Assembly: GCA_030390025.1 (NCBI GenBank)
Contig: CM059435.1
Coordinates: 100,068,001 to 100,132,000, forward strand
Direction: 5' to 3'
Length of the DNA: 64,000 bases
DNA from: Squalus acanthias
Lineage: Eukaryota
Positions 13,785 to 24,358 of this stretch are shown in pieces. A program made the translations under genes and the position numbers. Numbering within the stretch: the stretch's first letter is position 1; the number at the start of each line of letters is the position of its first letter. Under the pieces are notes generated by a model. The model was given only the letters and a program-made list of their open reading frames with translations. It was not told where the DNA came from and did not search any database.

Positions 13785-15679
13785 ATTTGAGTCTTAATCA
13801 TTTCAACTTCAAAATGCATTTCTTAATGGATGAAAGCTTGCAACAATTATAGTAATGTCAAAAGGTTGTTGTTCTTCCGAAAGCAGCTAAAATCCTGCAG
13901 TGTTTTGATTTTTGTACTTATTTTATTTGTTTTCCATTTTGTTAAAAAACAATTGTAATTAGTTGCAATGGAATGGACAGAAACAGGAAATTGATCTGGA
14001 AAGTTGAATTTTTTTGGAATGTTATGTGATAGGTTCAAATGGAAAGTAAAATCAAGCTGGGTGTAAAACGGGCAGCCGATCTGATCCTGTCATTTTCCCG
14101 TCAGTTTAAAGTGGATGCCCCTTGCTTAGTGCAGTGTGATATACGTCTCAGATTTCTATCATGTAATTAGCCCCATATAACTTTGGTTTAAAATGGTTTC
14201 CAAAAAAAATATTAATTTCCCCCCCTCCAGAATACAAGAGCTTAAAAATTATTTACATAAAAATGATTTAAATTTTTGACGTTCGCCTAACTAAAAAAAA
14301 AACTGTTTTGATGCAGTGCAAGATAAACTATAAAGTGAATCAAACCAGAGTGAGCAACTGAATTAAATTCATTCCATGCAAACTGTAATTCTTTCTTTTC
14401 TTAGAAACATGACTGTCATTCATGCTCTCCAACTTATTCTTTCCACTTTAAAAAAACAAAATCCAATCAAGAAGTCACCTTTATCTTCTGCCCTGGGTTA
14501 AGCTTGGTGTCTTGTTCACAACCTCAGGGTTTCTTCAACAGTTGCAATCTGCAGCAAAAATCAGCCTGCATTCCTGCCCATTTCCTCTCTGAATAGCTGA
14601 CAAATTCTACTGTCCATCAACCTCTCTCAATCACCAGTCAATAGACAGCCACTTCTCCGCAATCCAATGGTTCAAAGATCGACAGCAATGGGGTGGGTGA
14701 AGAGATGGGGTGAACAGGATGCTGCGTTTTTGGCACCCAATGCTACGTTTACCTCAAAAGAAATTAAATTGCATTATAGTGGGATTCAAGATACATTTCA
14801 ATTTGTATGTGCCTTAGAACAGAATTCAAGGTTAACACAGGTCTGCTAGACTAAGAGACCTGTTCAGTCTCACTTATTTAGAGAGTGAGACTCACGCACA
14901 TTAGTTTAAATATTTTAAACTTTAAATATAAAATATAGCTCCATACTTTTAAAGGAGGTTTCATCGGTCTTGCTCTTTTTGCCACAAATCTCACTCCTGA
15001 AAATTCCCCAATCTTGAGGGCGCTGGACCAAGCTGGTCAGGTACCCAACAATGGGAGCATTACCAGTCCAATGGATCTGTGACTAGGCACCAGCAAATGC
15101 CCACTACCCACTTTAGACTTCACAAGCTAGCTGAGCAACTGTTTACAAACTGCCTCCAAATGGTGTGTGTAAATGTTAGCAGGTATATTCCATTCTGTAT
15201 TACCAGTGATGTTATTGTGGGCCAGTGACCTTTGGCAGTATCTGGCCATACTGTCTAGTGGTTTTGACGGTTTAATTTCAAGCTCCCATTAAGGAGGTTA
15301 CATGGATTCCTTTGTATTGGAACTGAATCTAAATGAATGCCGCCTTCTCACACACAGGATTAATCCCTTTGAAGGATGAGATTAAAATAGCTCAACCAAC
15401 GCAACTCACACATTTGGTTTTCAGAATACCACGGCCAATTGTAAAATTTAGGGGAAAAAAATGAATTAGGCTGCCAGAATGACAGTGCCACATGTGCGGA
15501 GATTGGTTGAGGAAAGCTTGCAACAGCACAAAGCTTTGGCAATGCCAAATGTAAATGCAGCTTCCAGCATAAATAAACTGAAATGCACTAAAACATAAAG
15601 GTAGAAGGCAGCACCCCACCCCCCCTCCACCCACCCACCCACCATTAAACTAAGTTACATCAGCACTGCCCCGTGTAGT

Positions 15680-16030
15680 ACTGAGGCATACAAATCATGA
15701 GATTTGATCGATGGTCTATACGAAGTTAACTGATCTCAGCCATGGCAACAGCAAGAATACTACAATTGGCTTCAACATCCCTGGGCTCCAGGGTACTGTT
15801 ATTATTGGACCAGTCAACCTGGCTCACTAATAAAAACAGGAGGAGTAGACTAATCACTGGGGGTTGGGATTCTTCCTCCTTGGCTCCAGGTAACCATGTA
15901 TGCCAGTGCTCTAACAGGTAGGGTAGCTACCTCTACAGGACAAGTGACAGAAAGGTTGCCAGTATCTGTGTTGATCAGCTGAAACCATGCAGCCTGTTAA
16001 AACCCAGCAGTATCCATTGAGCATGCCTGG
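15680..16030 (+). mobile_element. Old SINE-like repeat (second family)
   Basis: agttaactgatctcagc...tacaattggcttcaacatccctgggct matches the reverse complement of blocks in 4040-4300. Confidence 0.5.
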
Positions 16031-18209
16031 GGAGGGCTCCCTAAGCCTAGGCTCTGCCAACCTGCACCTTAAACTCTCTGGACTTGGGTTAGTGGGGTGT
16101 GTTCCTACAGGGAGAGTGTTTGCACTCCATATAGAGCAAATAGAAACTCTACTTGTGTGGATTTCTTTGTACCTTGGTTTAGAGTCTCAAATATGCTGCT
16201 GGGTTTCTGTGCGTGCCAGATACGAAGCGGTCAACAAAAACACTGGGCTAGGGAGGGAGTGGAGGAAAAGAGTCTTGTGCTCGAACTTATTCTTTTCCAA
16301 AACCTCAAAAATGTAGAATTCTTTACCCCCTCAATCTTTCCTCCTACAATCTTCAGGCTTTAAGCCACCCATGCCTAAGATTAGGATCACTTAATCATGA
16401 GTTACCTTGTTGTTTCATTTACTCTTTTCAACCTGCACTATGGGTCTTCACCCTTCACCTTGGTTTCTTCCTAATAAAAATTCATGATTAGGCTCAGCCA
16501 TGATACAACTGCCCATTGGGAGATTCCTTAAATGAAGTTCACACAAAGGAAATTCATGTCTATAATGACTTTAAAGGAAGTATTGTTGTGAAGAATTTCT
16601 GCCCTGCAACCAGGAAATTCCTGATTTAAACAAACCACCCACTCTGCAGCAGACAACATTGGAGTGCAATGTGAATCCAACAGCATTTTTCTTCAGTTCT
16701 GCTGGTTTTGAAGAGCTTGGGCAATGAGACCTTAATGAGGGTGGTACTGTCTAGTGTTCTCAGCAAGAGTTTAGCAGTCCTGAACTCCAATCAGGTTGTA
16801 CAGTGCTGCAGCCACCGCTGCAAACCACGTGTACTGTATTTATCTGCAGCACTACCATCTCCACAGCCTCCTAGACCCATCTAAAGAGGTGGTTTTTTTT
16901 TGGATCCATCAAGAAGCAGTGGTGCCACTGGCAGCAATGTAGATATTGCCACCTTTTCAGGCCACTAACAGGCTGAGTGGCTCAACTGCCCATACTGGAG
17001 GCCAATGGGGTTTTTTTTGTTTGTTAGTTGCTTGCATTTCACCAGCCACTACGGAAGGTCCAACAGCTAAAAATAAAAATCACAAACTGCAACTTTCTAA
17101 CATCCCCAAGCTTGCACATATGTAGTTTTTTTTTTGGTTGCTCTTCTGTGGAATCTATCCTGCATTATAATGAGCAGAGCAGATTTCATCGGATTGGGAT
17201 CATGAGGTAATACTGCAGAACCTGCTTTTCATTGTTACCATAAATGCTTACCACCCCAACAGGATGACCATACTGCTGTAAGTGCTTCGGAAAATTATAT
17301 AATAAAATAAATCAAAAGCAACTTCGACGGAACTCCCCCAGCAACCAATTCAAATCAAAGAGGAGCACATTCTTTCTGGCACAAAGTGCATCAAATCCAG
17401 ATCGTTCAAAGTCTCTGCATTTCCTATTCTCAACTCTGGTTAAAAGGAAACAGTACATGTGTTCCTAGTGTTTTGGTTTGCAAAATCTTTTTACTGCCTT
17501 TCTTCATTTCAAAATGTTGAGGTGACATTAACCAAAAGGATCCCCTTGCCATAATCCGCCTCGTTGATTTGTTTACAGCTAATTGACAAGACTTCCCTTA
17601 ACTCATCGTGTCTGTTAACCTGTAGCTAAAACATTCCAAAGCTCATCCAGAAAAAACTATGTATTGCAGCCAGTCTGAAACTATCGACTCAGCAGTCTCC
17701 CAGTGGCAATATTCATTGGCTTCTTATTAGGAACACTGCTGTGCCAGGCAAAATGTTCCCATTAAAGTTTGTATATAATAATCACAATGATCATTCGCAA
17801 GGTATTACTGCCGAAAAAAACCCATAGGGGTAGAGTATCCGCTAGGCTGCGCTGGTTAACAGTGCAGTTTGCCCGAAATCGGCCAAACCAGTCTAAAAGA
17901 TCAAGGAATTTCAAATGCAAGTTACGCCCAGCGCCAATCGAGTTTCTGCGATCTTTTACGCTGGTTGAAAAACTTTCGCGCTGGAAGCCAGCCCCGCCCA
18001 CAAAACTGGCCACGCTCCCAGATCGAATTGATCACCATGGCAAATTTTGGCCAATTACACCCATCTGTGGTCCTTCGAGGAGGCTCTTCAAATTAAGCGG
18101 GGGTTTTTTTTGGTGCAAAGGCATTAATAGGCACTTTTTAAAAGTTTTCAAATATGAAATATTTAATTTACTAAGAAACTGACTAGTGTACACCAATGAG
18201 TCTAGTAAT

Positions 18210-18613
18210 CAACAACAACAACTTGCATTTATATAGCACCTTTAACGTAGTAAAGCACTTCACAGGAGTGTTATCAAACAAAATTTGACACCGAGCCACA
18301 TAAGGAGATATTAGGGCAGAGGGTTAAAGAGGTAGGTTTTAAGGAGCATCTTAAAGGAGGAAAAGAGGTAGAGAGGTGGAGAGGTTTAAGGAGGGAATTT
18401 CAGAACTTAGGGCCTCGGCAGCTGAAGGCACAGCTGCCAACAGTGGAGCGATTAAAATTGGGGATGCGCAAGAGGCCAGAATTGGAGGACTGCAGATATT
18501 TCGGGGTGGGGGGGGGGGGGGGGGGGGGGGTTGTCGGGCTGGAAGAGATTACAGAGATAGGAAGGAGCAAGGCCATGGAGGGATTGAAAAAAAGACGAGA
18601 ATTTTAAAATCGA
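18210..18613 (-). mobile_element. L2 LINE 3' fragment
   Basis: Reverse complement of 57295-57664, with (CAA)n tail and catttatatagcacctttaacgtagtaaa. Contains an expanded G run. Confidence 0.9.
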
Positions 18614-19168
18614 GAACCTTGGTTAGACCACACTTGGGAATACTGTGAACAGTTCTGGTCTCCATGTTATAAAAAGGATATAGAGGCACTGGAGAAGGTG
18701 CAAAAAAGATTTACTAGAATGATACCAGAACTGAGGTTATACCTATCAGGAAAGATTGAACAGGCTCGGGTTCTTTTCTCTCGAAAAAAGACTGAGGGGC
18801 TACCTGACAGAGGTCTTTAAGGTTATGAAAGGGTTTGATAGGGTAGATGTAAGAGAAGATGTTTCCATTTGCAGGCGAGACCAGAACTAGGGACCATAAA
18901 TAAGATAGTTACTAATAAATCCAATAGGGAAATCAGGAGAAACTTCTTTACACAGAAAGTGATTAGAATATGGAACTCGCTACTACAAGGAGTAGTTGAG
19001 GCAAATAGCATAGATGTATTTAAGGAGAAGCTAGATAAACACATGAACGAGAAAGGAATAGAAGGATATGTTGATGGGGTTAGGTGAAGAGGGGTGGGAG
19101 AAGGCTCATGTAGAGCATAAACCCGGCATGGATCTGTTGGGCTGAATGGTCTGTTTCTGTGCTGTAAA
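18614..19168 (+). mobile_element. CR1 LINE 3' fragment
   Basis: TLVRPHL...KIVTNKSNREIRRNFFTQKVIRIWNSL (CR1 RT C-terminus) and 3' end gaatggtctgtttctgtgctgta. Same subfamily as 40168-40684. Confidence 0.92.
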
Positions 19169-20271
19169 TACCATGTACTATATATGGACTTCTTAAAAAT
19201 GTGCTTGGAGAGGTTACTGGTGCTACATGTCATATTGCAGTACATTGCTAATACTGATTATACGTGGAACAATTTGGCATGTGGCTTGTGAGGCATTAAT
19301 TTATCAGATCATGGCAATGAATTTCAGAGATTAGTTAAGGTTGGGGTTCAAACCTGTGCCCCCTGGGATGGGTGTGAAGTGTTCAACTCACAACACCAAC
19401 AAAACTGACCCCAGTTCCTCAGGGCTCTAAAACAGGATTTCATAAACCCCACTCCTGGAATTAGTGGCACTACACGTTACTGCGCGCTGCTCTAGTTCCT
19501 CATTTGGAGGGGGGGCGGGGGGGGGAGCCCTCCGATAGTAGTTAATGCTCCACTCCTAGCACACCTGAGCCAATACCTCCCCCAAAAGCATGGGAAAGTA
19601 CAGCCCTATCATTCCTTGTCAACATTCCACCCCCCTTCCACATTTCCCAAGCAGAAAATCCTTTTTGTTCTTATCAGTTCAAACAAGAACAATGAATTCC
19701 TCAGGCCTGCAAGAATGTGACAAGGTGCCAACAAAGCCAACAGGCAAGGTGATATATGGCCTATTTGCTGCAGCCAAATAAATCGTTTCACAAGTGAGTG
19801 CTGCAAGGAATGGACTCGAGCAAATAGGAACTCATTTTTAGCTCCGTGCTGAAGATTTTCACGTTCCAGTCCCCAATGGAAACTGCACTTAAAATTGGTC
19901 AGTGTAATTGCGTGGGCTGCAGCATGCTCTCCAAGTTTGAACTATGGTAAAACTCATTCTGGTTTGGCTTTTGATAGTAATTAATCAGTTTGATTTCTTC
20001 AAGTGACAATCCCCCCCCCCATTGACTCACACAGACTTTCCAATAATTACTTTATTCGATTTTAAAGTGATTGGGTTACCATCTTTGGCAGTCCTGCAGT
20101 GTTTGAAGTGGGTACTATTTTCAAGTGCTAACCGAGGTTTCAATTGCTGCTTAGACTGCCATTCTGCAATATTTCAGTCGTAGTTTCTATGAAAAAAGCT
20201 TAAAGGATTCTAGGTAGTTCCGAATGCCTATGCGTGGAAACACACACATAAACCAATAATGGTGCTTTTAT

Positions 20272-20739
20272 AACAACAGAAAACGCTGGAAAAACTCAGC
20301 AGGCCAGGCAGCATCCGTGGAGAGAGAAACAGAGATTAAGAGACATTGAGAGACATTAAGAGATATTCAAGGCAAGAGGAGGTGGTAATGTGACAGGTTG
20401 AGCCATCTAGAGCCATCCTTTGTTCCTCAACCTGTCACATTACCACCTCCTCTTGCCTTGAATATCTCTTAATGTCTCTCAATATCTCTTAATCTCTCCT
20501 GCTTTCTATCCTACCACTGACCTTCCCTTTTGTTCTTTCATCCCCTCCCCCTTTTCCCAGCATTATACTTGCTTTAAAATCTATTTCATTTCCTGCTTTT
20601 TTCCAGTTCTGACGAAAGGTCTTCGACCTGAAACGTTAACTCTGTTTCTCTCTCCACAGATGCTGCCTGGCCTGCTGAGTTTTTCCAGCGTTTTCTGTTG
20701 TTATTTCGGATTTCCAGCATCCGCAGTATTTTGCTATCG
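20272..20739 (+). mobile_element. Penelope-like element terminal (pLTR) insertion with inverted 5' part and 15-bp TSD
   Basis: TAATGGTGCTTTTAT at 20257-20271 and 20740-20754. The terminal sequence gacctgaaacgttaactctgtttctctctccacagatgctgcctggcctgctgag recurs at 23449-23574 and 58590-58701. Hammerhead motif present. Confidence 0.85.
20605..20641 (+). ncRNA. Minimal type I hammerhead ribozyme motif (Penelope-associated)
   Basis: AGTT-CTGACGA-A-AGGTC-TTC-GACCT-GAAA-C-GTT-AACT. Stem I AGTT/AACT, CUGANGA box, 5-bp stem II, GAAA, palindromic ACGT stem III, NUH = GUU. Confidence 0.75.
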
Positions 20740-20804
20740 TAATGGTGCTTTTATGTTATACTAATGGGTTTCCCATGGCATTGTGAATGGGGATTGAAGA
20801 CTAA

Positions 20805-20988
20805 GGGCTGTCATTTTAGCTTTAGCGTAAAACGGGTGATATCGGATTAGCTGCCCAATTATACACCCCTGCCTGATTTTCCTTTACATTAAAGTCAGTG
20901 GAAAGGAAAATCAGGCGAGGTGTATATAATGGGCAGCCGATCAGATATTGCCCATTTTATGCTGCTGCTGAAAGTTAAAATTACCCCC
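20805..20988. mobile_element. Foldback (palindromic) MITE, probably PIF/Harbinger-derived
   Basis: The two halves are reverse complements around a cattaaagtcagtgg centre (gcctgattttccttt / aaaggaaaatcaggc). GGG...CCC ends, flanks TAA/TGA. Relatives at 35388-35615 and 14037-14100. Confidence 0.7.
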
Positions 20989-22044
20989 TGAATAAAGTCT
21001 TCAGGTGAAAGGGGGTTAGAGGGTGAAAGATAATTGGACTAGGGCATGCAGATGTAATTCAGTCCCCATTTTAAAGTCATACATTCTGTCCTCATTTTTA
21101 TAAATCACTTACTGCAATTTGGGAGGCAGAGGAGTAGAGTTTGTTGGAACATAGGAGTTTCTCTGTAGTACAAACTGGGAGATGTAAAACTGAGGCGCTG
21201 CACTGCCACCATGGGCAGAAGGCTGCAATTACAGCATGACAAGTTTACATATAGACAGTTTCCATTATAAATGCCGACATAGGAATTTAAAAAAGGTGAC
21301 ACAGGAAGTGTGCACAGATATAGCATTTTTAACATTGTAGATAAAAGTACAGCTGTTAGAAGATGTGTGGGTCTCCATCTATGAACTGTACTCCATATTC
21401 TAAATAACTGTGCTTGGAGAATTGACAGCATTAAATATGGGCCCATAAATATATGGTTAAGGTAGCCAACTTCAGAGAAGTAAATGCAAGGAGCCAGTCC
21501 CATGTTTCCACTGATGCAGCAACTGGCTCTCTATTCAATAACAAAGCCAGTACAACTTGCCCCATCTTTGATACTCTGACTTTGCTTCCCCCTAGACAGG
21601 GGACAAACAACTGAGCAATAAAACAGCATCTTAACTCAATACCCAGTTCTCCTAGAAAAAGCCCTCATACCATACTGGACTTTAGGATTTCTCACACCTT
21701 TCTCCACCCACCATCTCCCCTTTTGGTAAACTCATCCGATTTGTAAAGTCTTGATAACTTTCAGCAGTGGGCGGTGGAAGAGAAGAGGAGCTTCTAAACC
21801 AATACATTTTACAAATCAAAACCCGAATCAGTCAGGCATCCTGTCCTAACCATCAAGACGCACTTTGAGTAGAGAGCTGCTTACAAATAAAGCACTTTCC
21901 ATTACCTCTCTTTGCATTCTCTAGCAATGCTGTATTGGCACCGAGAGTCAATCGCATCCTCATTGTGAGTGCCTTTATTCAGCACCCTCCTGTACACTAG
22001 AGCTCTTTGGTTCATGCCTTGCAGTTATACATCACATAAATCTT

Positions 22045-22110
22045 ACCAAGACACTCAACACGTGACCAAGACACTCAACACGTGACCAAGACACTCAACA
22101 CGTGAGCAAG
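22045..22110. repeat. Perfect 20-bp tandem repeat x3 (ACCAAGACACTCAACACGTG)
   Basis: Identical units at 22045, 22065 and 22085, followed by a partial agcaag. Confidence 0.97.
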
Positions 22111-23448
22111 GTGATGTTGGATGTCATAATATTGGGTGCAGCCATATATATATTTTCAATGTACAAAAATAATATATATTTCGAGATGCGTCTATAACAT
22201 TTGCAAATTTCTGAGAAAGAGGAAATAAACCCAATCAATCATTCGCAATGTACAGAGAAATTTCCCCACCAACAGAAATTACCATCTAATTGACTTCAGT
22301 AGCCACATTTTTAAAAAGTATGTGGGAAAAAATAGCCCAAGTACAATTAGCCTTTAATTGATCCAGGAAGGCTCAGCAATGACACTTTGTGGCACTAAAG
22401 GGACGCGCTAAGTTACACACAGCTGCACTTCAGAAGACTATTATATTGTGTATTCCATCGTATAATACTCTGGGCTTTTAACGCCAGTTATCCTCTGACC
22501 TACCATGATCAATGCCATGGGGAATCTCAAAAAAACTATTTATATTAAAAAAATTTAGACAGAAACTATGCAGAGTAAGCTTCCATTTTATGCAACGACC
22601 TTCCCGAAATAGAACCCCCTTTTGAACTTAAACAGAAGTGTTGTCCTTTCCCCACTTTTAAAATGGAGTGTGAATTCTCTTCAAGTTTAGCAAATAAACT
22701 TCTTCCACTCTTCTCCCCTCCTGTCCTAACTTTCTCCTTTCCTAAAGACAGTGGCTCATGCAGCGGACAGTTCCACAGGTGCCATGAATCCTCATTCTTC
22801 GTACGAGCAAAGGTAGCACAACCAAATATTAAATTACCCAGGAAGATGGAATTGAAGAGAGTATGGAAGTCTATGTGAATTAGCCAACGCCCTCTAGCAG
22901 AAGATATTGGATTAAGAGCAGGGATTCAAGCTGATTTCTCCCTCGTCTAGGCATGCTGGGGCCAATTGGTGCACCAGTTGCAGCATCCCATTCTTCGTAG
23001 ACCCTTCTAGTCTGTATGGCTCAGTACCACATTACACAGTACATTTACCCACTGAGCCATCAGGGAAACCCAGCGACATTTTTTGCATGCATATGCACAT
23101 TGCAACAGAGTGCAAGACATGTGCCCTCTGAAATCAAAAGCATTTGGAGTTATGGTCAAGTGCAGCCAAAAAATTAATATTCCAATAGTAATCAGCAATG
23201 GATTCCATATTAGGACAAAACAATTTTAACAGAAATAAAAGCTTTTCAATTGCATTTACATTAGAGTGCTACTAATGAGCCACGGTGCTGGCCTTGGCTC
23301 AGGGGTAGCACTCTCACCTCCTGAGTCAGAGACCGTGGGCTCAAGCCCCACTCATGACTAGAGCACAAAATCTCGGCTGACACTCCAGTGCAACGCTGAG
23401 GGAGTGCTGCACTGTCGGAGGTACCGTCTTTCGGATGAGATGTTAAAC

Positions 23449-23574
23449 CGAAGGGTCCCAGACCTGAAACATTAACACTGTTTCTCTCTCCATGGATGCT
23501 GCCTGGCCTGCTGAGTGTTTCCAGCATTTTCTGTTGTTATTTTAGATTTCCAGCATCCGCAGTATTTTGCTATT
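23449..23574 (+). mobile_element. Penelope-like terminal fragment, truncated inside the hammerhead
   Basis: Closely matches 20614-20737. Retains stem II and GAAAC but lacks the CUGANGA box. Confidence 0.85.
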
Positions 23575-23624
23575 CCACACCTCTCTCAGGTGGACATAAA
23601 AGATCTCATGGCACTATTCCAAGA

Positions 23625-24189
23625 GCCGCGCCTCTTACCAAGCTGTTCCAGTACAGCTACAACACTGGCATCTACCCGACAATGTGGAAAACTGCCCAGG
23701 TATGTCCTGTCCATAAAAAGCAGCACAAATCCAATCCAATCCGGCCAATTACCGCCCCATTAGTCTACTCTCAATCATTAGCAAAGTGATGGAAGGTGTC
23801 ATCGACAGTGCTATCAAGCAGCACTTACTCACCAATAACCTGCTCACCAATGTCCAGTTTGGGTTCTGCTAGGACCACATGGCTCCAGACCTCATTACAG
23901 CCTTGGTCCAAACATGGACAAAAGAGCCGAATTCCAGAGGTGAGGTGAGTGACTGCCCTTGACATCAAGGCAGCATTTGACCGAGTGTGGCATCAAGGAA
24001 CCCCTAGTAAAACTGAAGTCAATGGGAATCGGGGGGGGGGGGGGGGGGGGACTCTCCACTGGCTGGAGTCATACCTACCACAAAGGAAGATGGTTGTGGT
24101 GGTTGGAGGTCAATCATCACAGCCCCAGGACATCGCTGCAGGAGTTCCTCAGGACAGTGTCCTAAGCCCACCCAACGAATATAAAAAAA
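23625..24189 (+). mobile_element. LINE (CR1/L2 group, second family) RT fragment joined to an A-rich tail
   Basis: Motifs WKTAQVCPVHKK, ALDIKAAFDRVWH and GVPQDSVL. Ends gcccacccaacgaatataaaaaaa. Confidence 0.85.
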
Positions 24190-24358
24190 GAGCAGAGGAG
24201 TTCTTGCCAATGTCCTGGCCAATATTTATCCCTCAACCAACATCACTAAAAACAGATTATCTGGTCATGATCTTATTGCAGTTGCTGGGACCTTGCTGTG
24301 CGCAAATTGGCTGCCACCTTTCCTACATTACAACAGTGACTACATTTCAAAAATGCCT

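Noticed and set aside
17762-18182. 137-aa basic ORF
   Set aside because: It lies in a CpG-rich, probably transposon-derived patch. It has no domain or splice support, and I could not find a matching second TIR to define the element.
20331-20497. miRNA gene
   Set aside because: The near-perfect 72-bp stem is explained by the inverted Penelope duplication, and I recognise no known mature miRNA in it.
22045-22110. CRISPR-like direct repeats
   Set aside because: The units are contiguous with no spacers, there are no cas genes, and the context is eukaryotic.
23449-23480. Second hammerhead ribozyme
   Set aside because: The CUGANGA box and the 5' strand of stem I were lost by truncation, and stem III is mutated (ACAT). 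The 58590 copy is shorter still.
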